Assembly (NCBI RefSeq): GCF_018977255.1
Contig: NW_024704743.1
Coordinates: 65,040,001-65,104,000, forward strand
Length of the DNA stretch: 64,000 nucleotides
DNA from: Callorhinchus milii
Taxonomy: Eukaryota
Direction: 5' to 3'
Within the stretch, counting starts at the first letter, position 1. The number at the start of each line of letters is the position of its first letter. The notes under the pieces are model-generated. The model searched no databases, was not told where the DNA came from, and saw only the letters and a list, made by a program, of their open reading frames with translations. The position numbers were made by a program, and so were the translations under genes. This document shows, piece by piece, positions 11,890 to 25,640 of the stretch.

Positions 11890-12700
11890 TCACCTGGGGA
11901 TTTTGTGCACTGCACTCACCATCTCGAACTCTGGGCTACCCTGTGGAGTCCTGTAGCTCAGTGGTTAGAGCACTCGCTTTGCAAGCGAGAGACCTGAGTT
12001 CAATTCCAGGCAGGGCGAAACCTTGGGCAAGTTTCCTTACTCCACACGCCTAATAATAATCCCTCCAAAAAACAAAAAAAACAAACAAAAAAAACAATAA
12101 TTAAATTGGTCATTTTCAATCTACGACTGTTTGTGGGACATTGCTGTGCGCAATTGGCTGCCGCGTTCGCCCACAAATATACAGTCAACTCACTTTACAG
12201 TATATTCTGTGAAGCGCTTTGGGACGTCCTCCCGACGTGAAAAGCGCTATATCAAATGCAAGGATTATTATTATTATTACCCAGTGGGACACAATGGTGG
12301 ATGCCCCAAAATGCAGAATCATGGTTCTCCACGGCTCAGGAAGGGACCTTGGGGGAATTGATTAGAAGATATGATAGGCAACAGTCCCAATTGTTGATTT
12401 GAGGGCTGTGAACTTTTGCTTGGATACTGTCCTGAGGTACCACACTGTGAAGAGGCAAAAGGCACTCGGGTTGTTTTCATGTCTCTTCAAAGACATTAAG
12501 AACCCAATGCAGGTTAAGATTGTAGCATATGAAATCAGTGTCCAAACAGTTCTCCTATATAGTTCTGAGCTCCTGGGAATGCAACAGAGAGGTTTCCTCT
12601 GATTCATTTGTGAAGTCCAGGATCAAGCAGTGAGGTGGATTTGTGATAAACAAGAGAAGCGGCTACAGGTAGGGAGGGCTCCGGTCTACCCTGGAGGCAG
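11890..12700 (+). mobile_element. LINE-X RT/thumb fragment interrupted by a SINE
   Basis: 11890-11944 and 12280-12700 align colinearly with about 7838-8310 (cacctgggga..., aatgcagaatcatggttct, cccaatgcaggt, ccaggatcaagcag). Confidence 0.8.
11945..12279 (+). mobile_element. Full-length SINE family A (tRNA-Ala-derived head, short subfamily) with target-site duplication
   Basis: A box (tagctcagtgg), B box (gttcaattcc), partial CORE-like ccttgggcaagtt and (TTA)5 tail. Flanked by taccctgtgg (11937-11946) and tacccagtgg (12278-12287). Confidence 0.9.
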
Positions 12701-14234
12701 AGTCGCTAGGCACTTTGATTTGCTAAAGCCTTTCACATGAGGATCTGGATCAAATTTTAAAGAGCTATATCAATCGCAGGGTTTATTACATTATTAATCT
12801 GAAGATTGTCCGTTAAAGCCTTAAAACACAGCAGTGTGATAGATTGCAACAACTCCAACAAGGAATATGAATTGGGTTGGGTTAGTTTACCAACCAACAA
12901 CAACATGCAATTAATTAGCACCCTTCATGCAGGGTAGCTGCTCGGATTGCTTGACAGCCTGATGCCAAGCCAGGCAGAGGTGACCGTCAGTGCTGTCTTA
13001 CATTTTTGACTTGCAAAGCAAGACCTACTGTTAGGGCCCATCACTTAATGTCGGATTTGATAAAATAGAACAATAAAGACTGGTAAAGTGCATGATAAAG
13101 TGGCATGATGCCTCCCAAATCTAAATTGAAATCTGCGAAAGGGATAACATTCCCCCGTGAATCTCTGCAATTAACCTTTTCAAGTACATGTCATGTTACA
13201 CAACTTATGATAGTAAACAACCTTATTATAGTGACTTTTTTTTACTGTACTTATCATTTGATATCACTGATAATTTCTTAATTTTAAATTGATAATGCCG
13301 ACCTGAACATGACTGCTAAATTGTTGGAATATTGATTTTATTTTAAAAATGGGCCAAATTTTCTCTTAGCCACATCAACTCTGATGCTATTTGTGCCAGT
13401 GCTTGTGAATGGTCCCCTTGTCTCCCCTCATTTCAGGAACAAAATGTGATCTTTATTTCGTTCTCTGGTCACAAACAAGTAGTGGGCAGGTTGAGGTAAA
13501 GAGAGTAGATAAAAAGGCTGGTTTGCATGCTCCTGTGCAAATGCACTTTACCCCCAACAAAATATGAGCAAATTAAACTGATATTTTATCTCTCTAAAAT
13601 ATTGGGTTTGCATAGCTATCAAATTCAAAATAAATTAACAAACTATCCCCAGAATGCCAGGAATCCAGAGCCATCAAAACTATTTTATTTTGTATTCGAT
13701 CCCCTATTTGATTACGTTCTGTTCTTTCCCAACAAGCACCACTGGTTGACTGAGAGCATTTTGTTCTTAGACTTCTAACCATTTTGTTTCCTCAATTACT
13801 TTCTCCTCACCCACACTGCCCTTTTGCTTTTGTAGAGACAGAGTGTCCCAACCCACGAACAATGCTACTGTTTGGCTGACCTGCAAGGTGCCGTCAGGAT
13901 CCACTGCATATTGTTTGCCCAGCCTTTCTCAGATGACCAAGTTGAAACTGATGAAATTTCACCTCTAGGAAAACCTACAGCTCTAAGTTCCGTCAAGACA
14001 ATTGAAAGTTAGCTGAAATCTAAAGCTCCTGCCTCATGCTAGAGGGGAAATTTCACTCGTCACTAAAAACAGAGATTAATCGTTTTTATTGGTAATGATA
14101 TATCTGCACATATAGAGCACAAGCACATTGAAGTAAAACAATCTACTTTGTGAGCCCCCAAAAACATCTCTGCTGTACCACATGGAGAAGCAGAATTGTA
14201 CATGAGCTTCACTTAGCTCTTAACAAGCAATCTT

Positions 14235-14836
14235 GTTCATGCCTTCATCACCTCCAGGCTCGACTATGCAAACGCCCTGCTTGTCGGCCTTCCCAACTCC
14301 TCCATCCACAGGCTGCAGATAATCCAGAACTCTGCAGCCCGTGTCCTCTCCCGCACCAAACTCCATGACCCCATCTCCCCCACTCTCGCCCGACTCCATT
14401 GGCTCCCTGTCCTTCAGAGGATCCAGTTCAAGATCCTGGTCCTCACCTACAAAGCCCTCCATGGTCTTGCCCCACCCCACCTCTGTGACCTCCTAAGCCC
14501 CTGCCAACCCGCCCGTTCCCTCCGCTCAGCCGGCTTTGGCTTGCTCCACATCCCCCGACCCACCCGCCCCACCACTGGCGGGAGAGCCTTCAGCCACTCT
14601 TACCCCAACCTCTGGAATTCCATCCCCCAGTCACTCCACCACCCCCTCCTTAGCCTCCTTCAAGTCCCGCCTCACGACCCTCCTCTTCGACCATGCCATC
14701 GGCCACCCACCTTTCCCTCCCCTCCATTCCCCCCCACCGACCCCAGCTCAGGTCTGGAATGCTGTACTCTGTCCAGCACCTTGGGATGTCCTCCTGACGT
14801 GAAAGGCGCTGTACAAATGTAATCTTGTTGTTGTTG
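14235..14836 (+). mobile_element. Young 5'-truncated L2 LINE with 22-bp target-site duplication
   Basis: [20 protein letters not shown] L2 C-terminus and (GTT)n tail. ttagctcttaacaagcaatctt occurs at 14213-14234 and 14837-14858. Confidence 0.9.
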
Positions 14837-15079
14837 TTAGCTCTTAACAAGCAATCTTAGCTCTGAAGTAAATGCAGGGCATTCCTGTTACTATGTGCCT
14901 CGTCAGATTGTGGGTCTCCTTTTAATGTACGTCTCCTGTGCACCTGAAGTTATTGTTACACATTTGTCTTCCAGCTCTGACTAGCTGGCTTTACACACTA
15001 CAAAACTGCCTCTTTCCAGATTGTCAGATCACCACTGTCAGTGACCCTTCTTGCTTATAGCACGGTGAGGATACAGAGG

Positions 15080-15890
15080 GTGGAATTTTGAATTAATTGG
15101 ATTTTATCAGTGTTAAGGCTGGGGACACTTGAGGTGGGACAAGCATGGATAAGGTTTTCAGCTGCATTGGGTGTGAGGTATGGTCAGAAGTGGGTGATGT
15201 GCCGGAGGTGGAGGAAAGCAGTCCTGGACAGGGACTGGTTATGGGGCAGGAAGGCCAACTAGGGAAACCTGACACCTAAGTTGTGCGGATGTTCAGTGAA
15301 ACTGAAAATAGGCCTGGGAGATTAAGGAGGTTGGAGCGGCAGGTGAGAAGACTCTAATGGAAGCCAAGGTAGATGTCTTCTGCTTGTTCAGTTTTAGCTG
15401 CAGAACTCTAGTGCTCATCCAGGCCTTGATTTCTGACAAGCATGCCGACAGTTGCCCTGGGGTCAGAGGAGGAAAAGTAGGTTTGTGTATCATTCGCATA
15501 CTTGTGAAAGTTGATCTCAAATCTGTCGACAATGTCACCAAGAGGGAGCATGTAAATGAGAAAAGAAGGGAGCCAAGATTGAAGTAATAATAATAGTCCT
15601 TGCATTTGATATAGCGCCTTATCATGTCTTCGAGACATCTCAAAGCCCTTCACAGAATATACTGTAAAGAGAATTGACTCTACTTTGTGGGCAAAAATAG
15701 TATGCCACTGGTGACCATTCAAGGGTGGGAGGAAAAAACATTTGTGGAAATGAAATGATCTCGGTGTGTCAAGTAGGACTCAAACCTGGAGAGTGCGGTC
15801 CCACTAAGGTGGATAAGGGTGGTCAAGGAGGATAAGGAGACAGAGAGAGAACGTCATTATAACTTTGGCGACAGCTGTCTCGGTGCTATG
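15080..15890 (-). mobile_element. L2 RT fragment interrupted by a SINE variant (15585-15762)
   Basis: FLIYMLPLGDIV..FHKYANDTQ and LSACLSEIKAWMS..LQL motifs in ORFs 15408-15722 and 15293-15643. Confidence 0.75.
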
Positions 15891-16256
15891 GGCTCATCAG
15901 GTCATCAATGCTGTCACTTCCTACTTCGCACTTGTCATGAACCAGAAAGTCGGTCATTTTTTCTAGAATTGCAAGTGAACTGACAAGCTGCTCAATTGTG
16001 CAGTGAAACATGTTATCACATCTCCCTGTAATGTGGGTTGGGTTCTGTGGATTTCAAACGTGTCTTAAAAAACAAGGCTGCACTGCAGCAGATGTAGATG
16101 TAAAGGATGGAATATCATGGCAACAACAAAGGCACATGCCCAAAATAATGTTCACTTGTGAGAGCCTAACAGTTCTAGGAGGATTTATATGGGCAGAAGA
16201 AAAGGGAAAGGCAAGAGTTGAATGAGCAGGTGCCATTGAGGCAACTACAACTTTAT

Positions 16257-17197
16257 GGAGTCCTGTAGCTCACTGGTTAGAGCACTCGCTTTGCAAGCGA
16301 GAGACCTGAGTTCAATTCCAGGCAGGTTGAAACCTTGGGCAAGTTTCCTTACTCCACACACCTAATAATAATCCCTCCAAAACCCAAAACAATAATAAAT
16401 TGGTCATTTTCAATCTACGACGGTTTGTGGGACATTGCTGTGTGCAATTGGCTGCAGCGTTCGCCCACAAATATACAGTCAACTCACTTTACAGTATATT
16501 CTGTGAAGCGCTTTGGGACGTCCTCCCGACGTGAAAAGCGCTATATCAAATGCAAGGATTATTATTATTATTACCCAGTGGGACACAATGGTGGATGCCC
16601 CAAAATGCAGAATCATGGTTCTCCACGGCTCAGGAAGGGACCTTGGGGGAATTGATTAGAAGAAATGATAGGCAACAGTCCCAATTGTGGATTTGAGGGC
16701 TGTGAACTTTTGCTTGGATACTGTCCTGAGGTACCACACTGCGAAGGGGCAAAAGGCACTCGGGTTGTTTTCATGTCTCTTCAAAGACATTAAGAACCCA
16801 ATGCAGGTTAAGATTGTAGCATATGAAATCAGTGCCCAAACAGTTCTCCTATATAGTTCTGAGCTCCTGGGAATGCAACAGAGAGGTTTCCTCTGATTCA
16901 TTTGTGAAGTCCAGGATCATGCAGTGAGGTGGATTTGTGATAAACAAGAGAAGCAGCTGCAGGTAGGGAGGGCTCCGGCCTACCCTGGAGGCAGAGTCGC
17001 TAGGCACTTCGATTTGCTAAAGCCCTTCACATGAGGATCTGGATCAAATTTTAAAGAGCTATATCAATCGCAGGGTTTATTACATTATTAAGCTGAAGAT
17101 TGTCCGTTAAAGCCTTAAAACACAGCAGTGTGAAAGATTGCAACAACTCCAACGTGAAAAGCGCTATATCAAATGCAAGGATTATTATTATTATTAC
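16257..17197 (+). repeat. Duplicate of 11945-12859 (SINE plus 3' flank) followed by a second SINE tail
   Basis: Near-identical to 11945-12859 (ORFs 12362 and 16656 almost identical). 17152-17197 repeats acgtgaaaagcgctatatcaaatgcaagga(tta)5c. Confidence 0.95.
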
Positions 17198-20100
17198 ACA
17201 GGAGCTTCAATAATAGAACCATCTTAAGAAAAGCACAAAGGTATAATACAGTGACATTAGGAACGTTTGCACTGAACCCAAAGCTTGCTATATGGGAAAA
17301 ATGTAATTAGAATTAATTTGGCAGCTGTATATTGTTTACTGTCTATTGATCTTTTTCTGGCACCCAATTGCTTCTGCAGCATTCTGCCCTCTCATTCCCA
17401 CTTCCTTTGCTGGCCCGAGCTGAGAGAAGACCTACAATTGACACCGTTGCACCAGAGCAGATTGTGAAGAATGTCCTTTGTACCTTCTGTTGCCCCTCTA
17501 CCAAAGGCTCTATAGTCAATCTCTTGGGAGTGAAATTCTTGGGACCAAATACGGCTCTCAAGCCCTTTGGCATGCCTGTTGAGTTCTCAATGGAGATAAG
17601 GCATCCATCAATTCCAAAAACAGTGTGAGGTTAAACTGAGCTCATGAATACAGGAGTAGTACATTAATGAATAGATGCAAAAGGAAATACACCGCACAAT
17701 ATCCTCAGCCAGTGAGTGTTGCTGCTCCCATTGTACTTGTAGCACAGATCTTCCACTCACACAACCCAGGCTCCCCACATTTCTCATAATCTTTCCATTT
17801 TGTAGTTCCATATACCTCATTGTTCACTCTAAGCTAAAAATGTCATTAGAAATGGGGTTGCACGTGTCCTAGCTGGAGTAGAATATTGCACCATATTATA
17901 GTTGATTGTCTACTCTACAACATGCAATAAATCCTTAATTTGTCAGCACAATACTACAATATCATTGGGCAGTTGACAGGAATCTTGCCTTTTATGAAAA
18001 GAGCAGCTTCACCTACCAGCTCCCTGAATGAGATTGCCATGCATTCGCACCCAGGTTAGTCTTCTCAATCATCCAAAGAAGACAGACAATGAAAAGTAAT
18101 TTCAGCAGAAAAGTGCTTCATTTTTAAGCATTTTTTCGCAGTTAATAAATAATGTGAGTTAACATTGGTATTTTGATCATTTAAAACATACACTTAGTCA
18201 CTCTTTAACACCGTTCAGTTAAAGATATTTTTGAAATAACTGAAAATAAAAGCCATAAATTAATTCTTGTCCACAGCGGGAGTCTGGGTGGAGGTAGAAA
18301 ACCTAGCCTTAAAGTTAGGCTGTCTATCCACTACATGAATATGTGCAGTGGCCTAAAAAAATGACCATCTAGAGGGAAAAGTCCACTACCAATTATTGGC
18401 ATGCACATCTCATTTTTTTTAAAATCGGTTTGCATTTTGGCTGTGGGAGAACAAATATTTTGATTACTAATGAATAACTGTTGTAGTTCCACAACATAAT
18501 CTATACTAAAGAACATTTTACGGCTTCTAAGAGAATTTATCTTTATGATACACTTTAACTTGCTCTATATAGAACAAATGGCTGAATGTGTGCTGCAAAC
18601 CTATGACTTCACGTAGGAATTAAGATATCCCAACCTGTGGTGTTTACTTGACGTGTTACAAAACTGTGCTTCTAAACCAGTTCAGCTTGAAAACCATCAC
18701 CTCAACACGTGTACTGTACAAAGTTTCCACAAATTTTCTTCAATGCTTAAAAAAGAATCACTTCACTTAATCCAGAAAGCTATTGTCCCATTTCCTTCCA
18801 TTATTCTTCAGGTAATTAAATCTCCAGCCAACTCATCTCTTCTGACTACTTAAAACAATCATCTATTAGCCAATAGACATTAAGCTTAGCTAATCCTGAT
18901 TGACAGCTAACCTATTCGCCCTTCTTACACATCTGTGGTCCAACTCATGATTAGACCAATAGGTTCCCAAGCTGTAGAGTGGCAACATGCCAAAAAAAAA
19001 TTAGTTGCATCTACTACAAAAAACTCAAGTAGAAATATAATTTATACGATTGTAAGTATAATAGAGTTCTTTGTTTTGCAATCTGTAATCAATCAAAGTT
19101 GCATTTCTGATTTACTTTCTGTCAACACAAGTGTCTTCCTGAGGGCCTGACTTTGCAGAAACACAGTTTCTGATATATAGATACAACTTCATTTGTAGCC
19201 AGTAATTCTTCTCCATCAAATATTGATAACCTACAACCTAACTGAGGAATAAATGAAACAGCCGCAGACGACAAGCCATGGTTTACAGGTTATTGTCAAA
19301 TAGGGAGAAGAGCACAGGTATATCAAAAACACCTTGCTTTACTCATTGGTGACACCGCTAAAAACACAGACACAAATTGCTGCCTTTCCTCTTTGGAGGA
19401 AGCCCTTTTGCAATTTTCAACTGTCTCTCAATTTTTGGACTGATAATCACTGGTGACCTCTCATGGAATGTACATGTAACTACCATCACAAAGTGATCAT
19501 GGCATTTCAGGATGACCTTACCAGCAACCCCTTTCAAATATTTCTCATCTCTTCGTAATAACACCTTTGTGCCCAGTTATGAAACATTGCCTACACATTT
19601 GGAACGGGACACCATGCTCCAATCTCACCAGGCTGAACTCAAAACCAAAGTAGAAACCTCTTTCTAGAAATAGCAAACGTGCCAAAAAAAACACGCTTAA
19701 AGCTTGTTTTTATATTGCTTCACTTGCAATGATGTCATCACAACTTTCATGGCAAATGTTCCACAGAATTTTCTAAACTGATTCCTCCCTTGGCAACATT
19801 CTGCAGAATTCCCAGCTGTGTCAGAGTTCACTTATATACTGTTTCACTAGGTAAGCTTCACAGCACTAACCCAGTTACAATCCTTTCTGCCACAAATTCA
19901 ACATTTGATAACCACTTTTCAGTATTCATCTGTTTTTGTCAGCACACAATCTCTAGGATTTAACCTAATTATATAATGGTGCTGTTTTTGAGATTCAGAT
20001 ATTTTTCTTTGCATTTCAAACAAGGAAAGTTTGAATGTGAATCCCATTGAAATCACAACAGATGTTCAATAACAGCCACTGCCACACACTCAAGCCAAGC

Positions 20101-20606
20101 TTGCCTAACACAATTACAAAAAAAATTACATTACATGCACTCAGACAATTTGACGCCTCACAGCATTGAGGTGCTTCACCAGTCAAAACTTATCTTTTTC
20201 TGACCAGGAGAACTTTGCTCTCTGGCCGTGCTCATAAGATTGGTTTGGATGAAGAAGGCTCTTCGGCCCAGCTGACCTCATCCTTCCAGAATACCCACCC
20301 TACCCTCTTCCTGTCACAGCATCAAGTTTCTTTCAAAATGAGTCCAATGTTTTGGTTTACATTTTCAATCCCACTTTAAAATTTTAAACACCTCTATGAG
20401 GTGTCCTCTGAGACATCTTTCAAGACTCAAAAGCCGAAGCTTGCTGCTCATAGCTTATTTCTCTAATATGGGGGATCATCCTCGTTACTCTCCTCTATCC
20501 TGCCTCTACGGCCTCTCTGCTCCACTTATTATAAGCGTGTCACACAATAGGGGTTTGGACAATCTCAAAGCATCTCCAACTGGATTCTGCTGCAAAGCGA
20601 CTTATT

Positions 20607-21006
20607 AGCCTGGCTCAGTTGGAAGCACCCTCCCATCTGAATGAGAAGGTTGTGGGTTCAAGCTCCACCTTGTGACTTTGAACTCACATAATCCAGGCTG
20701 ACACTCTATTGCAGTGATGGGGTAGCATTGCATTGTTGGAAGTGCTATCTGTCTGTTCAGATTGATGTTAAAGGTCCTCTGGCATTGCTTGAAAAGACAT
20801 GCAAGTTTTCTCCCAGGATCCTGCCCATCAATCACAAATAAAATTGGTCATTCACTTCATTCATTTATGGGACATTGCTGTGAGCAAATTTGCTGCTGCA
20901 TTTTCCTATCAATACAGTCAATACACTTCACAGTAAATCCTGCAAAGTGCTTGGAGACATCCTCTTGATGTGAAAGATCAAATGCAAAGGTTATTATTTA
21001 TTATTA
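20607..21006 (+). mobile_element. SINE family B (Deu-like), near full length
   Basis: Head gcctggctcagttggaagcacc...ggttgtgggttcaag, Deu-like core, shared 3' module and (TTA)n tail. Confidence 0.75.
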
Positions 21007-21199
21007 TAAATCAGCAAAAGTGGGCAGTCTTGCAGAGTAACACCACAGGCTGGGAAGCACATTTACAAGATCAAGTGGACTGTGGGTAATCTGGAGTTTG
21101 GGCTAAATGTATCAGGTTGTCTTAAATGTAATCGTTACTCCTTATTGAGATGATTTGTGGATACTATCAGCCTAATCAGAGTTAGGTAAATAGTAAGGT

Positions 21200-22133
21200 T
21201 ATGCTTTCCACCGGTACCGAATCCATCCTCCTGAAGACAGCCGTCATTACCCCTACCCTCAAAAAATCTTCCCTTGGCCCATCTCTGCTTTCCAACTACC
21301 ACTCCATTTCAAACCTTTCTTTTCTATGGAATGAGTTGTCGCTTCCCAGCTTTGCTCTTTCCTCTCCCAGCATTCCCTCCAGGAACCCCTCCAGTCTGGG
21401 TTTCGTGCTGCTCACAGGAACAGTGCTGATCAAAGTGACAAATGACATTCTGTCCACCTGCGACCAGGGCTCTCTCTGCACCCCCTCCTTCTCGATCGCT
21501 TTCGATACTGTTGACCACTATTCTTCTCCACCCACCTCTGCTCTCACCTCCACCTCAATGGTTCTGTTCTTGCCTGGTTCCAATTCCTACCTTTCCCACC
21601 GTCTGCTCTTCGTGGCCACCAATGGCTTCTCCTCCAGCCCCCGCGTTGTCATGTGTGGCGTCCCTCAGGGCTCTGTCCTCGGTCCGCTCCTCCTCAATCT
21701 ATACATGCTCTGACTCGGCAATATCATCCGCAGGGATGGGGTCAATTTCCACATGTATGCAAATGACACCCAACTCTATCTCTCCGACCTCATAACCCCA
21801 TATCAGCCTGGCCACTCCCTCCGCTCTGTGGACACCGATCTGCTTCAGGTCCCCTGCACTTCCCGTCCCACTATTGGCGATCGGGCATTCAGGATCTCTG
21901 GAACTCTACCCTGCAATCCCTCCACCTCACTCCCTCTTTTGCATCCTTCAAGTCCTGACTGAAGACTTTCCTCTTTGACTGTGTCTTCAGCCACGCTCCC
22001 TCTCCCACCCCCCTGACCTCCTCCCCTTCTGACCCCAACTCCCAACTCGGGTCCAAAACCTCTGACTGTCCAGGGCCCTGGGACGTCTTTCCGACGTGAA
22101 CGGCGCTATACAAATGTAATTCGTTGTTGTTAT
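21200..22133 (+). mobile_element. L2 LINE with internal deletion
   Basis: ORF 21201 contains AFDTVDH and GVPQGSVLGPLL, followed by MYANDTQLYLS. The sequence then jumps to the 3' end with tail aaatgtaattcgttgttgtt. Confidence 0.85.
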
Positions 22134-23104
22134 TAAGCATGATGAATGTTACGGTGTAGTTGGTATAACTTTACATAAAACGTTATGGAAAATGACAGCA
22201 TGTATGCCTTGAGGAGTTAAATGGTTCAGAAGTAAGAAATGTGTTTATTGCAGCTGCAGCTCTCTTGTTAGTTGTTGATATAACGGTTCTGCATTGTTTA
22301 AATTTGAATCAGTTGATGGGTACTGTACTCAAGGACCGTCTCACCTTGTTTAAACCTGCCTGAAAACAACTAGTAGGTGGGTGAGAACATGCAGATTCGC
22401 ACAGATCATCCTGATGTTTAAAACAAGAACAATTATAAAAGAGGTAATAGCTAAGTTGTACTCTGTTCAGTCTGAGTTGGTCATCCCACGTGTTTGGTTC
22501 AAGTTCGTGAGAGAACAACTATGTTTTTCACTCCTCCAGGAAGGCAGAAGTTCCAGCAACATCGGAAAAAAGCAAAAGAGAAGAACTATGAGAATACAGC
22601 TGCAACACAACGGCTAGAGATTCAGCTTTTGTTTTTTATTCAACGCCTGTTATTATCAATGTTCCAGAGACAAGATCTTTGGTTGTTTGATATGACGCCC
22701 ACTGTTATCAACTCAACAGTGCATTAACTCTAATATTGGCTGTACTTCCCAGGCTCAACAGAGTTGTTAATTCCACTACTGGCTGTATGAATCACTGTAC
22801 CTTTGAACGAACCCAAGCAAGATATGTTCACCCACTGTTTATGAACTTATGGACTTCGATATTGTTCTTACAGTAACATTGCTTTAAGTGAGCATAACAT
22901 CGTAACCTTGCGGATTGTAACTATGTCATTCAACAAATGCAACTATTCTGCCTTATTAAATAAATTAGTTTAAAATATAAAACACAAGCGACTTTGGTTC
23001 CTCTGTTCATGGGTTCCTTATATAAAATTTTGACTAACAGAATATAACTGGTCTTTTCTGCCCACACCTTTGTCCCAGACGCCACCCGGTCATCTCCACT
23101 ACTA

Positions 23105-24030
23105 ATGGTATCTTTGAACCCAACAATACTATTTGAAAGAGAATGGAGTTTTTCTTGGTATCCTGGTCAACAATCCCCCAAATAAAATTGGACTCCATGG
23201 CTGTTTGTGGGACATTGCTGTGTGCAATTGCGCTGCTGCGATCACCTACAAAAATATAGTCATTCCACTTCACGGTAATTCCTGTGAAGTGCTTTGGGAC
23301 GTCCTCCTGACGTGAAAGACACTATGCAGAATGTAAAGATTATTATCTGGCCAGGCTCCACTGGCTCCCCATCACCGAACGGATTGACTTCAATTTCCTC
23401 ACTCTCGTGTTCAAATCCATTCACCTTCTGACACCTCCCTACCTCTCCAACCTCCTCACTCCTCAGTCCACCACCCGGCCCCTCCGCTTAACTAGCACTG
23501 GCCTTCTGCTCGTCCCTCGCACCCTCCACCCCCCCATCGGAGGTCGCACTTGCAGCCACTATGCCCCAAAACTCTGGAACACTCTCCCTCAATACCTCTG
23601 CCTTGCCTCCTCTCTCCCCTCTTTCAAGTCCCGCCTGAAATCTTTCCTCTTCGACCATACTTACGGCCACCTCCCCTCTCCCCACGGCTCAGAGTCAGGC
23701 TCCGCCACTGTCAAGCGCTCTGAGACTCTACTCTGCTTGGAGGGCGCTATAAGTGCAAGTTGTTGTATTATTTAAATGTTTAACTGTAAATATTTAATGC
23801 TGCCAAAAGTTCCTTTCCCTCCACTGACATTCACCTCCAAAACAAAACAATAATAAATTGGTCATTTTCAATCCACGACTGTTTGTGGGACACTGCTGTG
23901 CCCAATTGGCCGCCGCGTTTTTCCCACAAATATAGGGTCAATTCACCTTACAGTCTATTCTGTGAAGGGCTTTGAGACGTCGAGAAGACGTGAAAAGCGC
24001 TATATCAAATGCAAGGATTATTATTATTAT
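23105..24030 (+). mobile_element. Cluster: SINE B 3' half (about 23105-23345), L2 3' end (about 23347-23770), SINE A 3' half (about 23835-24030)
   Basis: Shared SINE module and L2 motifs RLHWLP and APKLWNTLP. Confidence 0.75.
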
Positions 24031-24329
24031 CATCTTCATTAACAACTGTAAATGGAAAAATAATCAATTGGTCTAGACACGAAGCCTAAAATGATGCCAC
24101 AAAAATAAATTCAGTGGCTTCATAGCATCATAAAGAGTCTGATTTTCCCTCACTTATTTAGTATTGAGAATAACCTATAAATCAACATGTTTTACATTTT
24201 AAGCGTGTTGTAATTTAAGACTAATTTGGTTTGAAATGATCTAAACAAAATAGGGCCAATGCAATACACCTCATATTTAGACCTTTTATAAACTACATAT
24301 AACTTTTTTCACCTATCATAAGAGAGGTA

Positions 24330-24840
24330 CAGAGGAAGAGGATCCTCTACCCATTCTCATTCTTCCAGAAAACCCACTGCTCCAGTAATCTCATTAAACT
24401 GTTTCTAAATGAATCAAGCATCCAGCCCTCCACCACACCTAGTAATTCATTTAAGCTGATAGTTACTTCTGTGTAAAGAAATTCCTCCTAGTGCCTGTCC
24501 TAAAATTGCCCTTCACAACCCTGAATCTGTGTCCTTGTACCTTGCTGCCCTAGCACCATCTGAAAGTAATGTTGTGGGTTTACTTTCTCTATCCCATTTA
24601 GAATCGAATTTACCCTTATAATATTCCTTCCAAGGTGCCTCTTTTCAAGGCTAAAGAGCCCTAGTTTATAATAATACTTGCATTTGTTATAGCGCCTTAT
24701 CATGCCGTTAAGACATCTCAAAACACTTCGCAGAACATATTATAATGTGAATTAATTGTGTATTTTTTTGCAGACGAGACTCAGCAGCCAATTGCACACA
24801 GCAATGTCCCACAAACAATTGTTGATTGAGTGACCAAATA
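24330..24840 (-). mobile_element. Degenerate CR1 3' fragment (to about 24665) and SINE 3' module (24668-24840)
   Basis: LGLFSLEKRHLG in ORF 24500-24721. SINE tail at 24668. Confidence 0.65.
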
Positions 24841-25364
24841 TGCTGTGATTACATATTATCCTGTCTTTCCTCATAGCTCATCTCTAATACTAAACATAAG
24901 GCTAGATCCAAAATAAAAAAAGTAAAATACAATTTTTTATTTTCTGTCTCTCACACTCCTCAATAAGAGTTTTTCAGTGTGTCCTAGGAACAGGAAGATT
25001 TCATGTTACAGGGCATTGTAAAGTTTATGCTGTCAATGGAAGGAAAAGGAGTGTACATACTAGCTTTCCACCAGTCCACCCATCACATAACATCTAAACT
25101 TACGACTCACACCCATCTAAATTGTTTTGATAATATTTGATTGAAGTTAAGCTGTGTCTCCATATCTCAACACTTTTGTCCAGACTGTTTTTTTAGATTG
25201 TGAGAGCAGTCCCCTCCTTTCCGTTCTCTTAGAAATGGCATTGTGGAACTTTTTCTTAATTAGGCTTGGTGAACAGCCAATTGATTGAATGAAGTGGAAT
25301 CAGATAAACATTCTCACTCTGGGTCATATCTTTAGATGAGACATTATGGACTTCTTTGACCCCT

Positions 25365-25640
25365 ACAATACAATTTATTCTTAAACTGCATATTTCACAT
25401 TGGAGGATGTCCCAAAGTGCTTGATAGTTATGGCTGAGCACTGGAGCTAGGGTGAATGCTGAGGAGGGGAAATATGACTGGAAGTGCTGTTAAACAGGTT
25501 TTGAGGGGGACCTTGAAAGGAGGGGGAAGGGAGCAAGTCAGAGGGACCCGGTAATGGAGTTCCAGAGAGCGGGTGCCAAGTGGCTGAAAGCCCGCTTACC
25601 AATGATGGGACAGATTGAGTGCGGGACATGGAGGAGGTCA
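25365..25640 (-). mobile_element. L2 3' fragment
   Basis: Minus strand has an L2-like 3' end (ctctggaactcc, ttcaaggtcc, gcactttgggacatcctcc). Confidence 0.6.

Noticed and set aside
11945..12020. tRNA-Ala-like sequence with A and B boxes (also 16257, 49470-49537, 54595-54664)
   Set aside because: It continues directly into a SINE body and tail with no proper acceptor stem, so it is a SINE head and not a tRNA gene.
17343..17628. Overlapping ORFs with an FGPK motif and an AAG|GTAC donor resembling the end of the large exon
   Set aside because: No acceptor gives an open phase-0/0 exon, so the similarity is probably chance.
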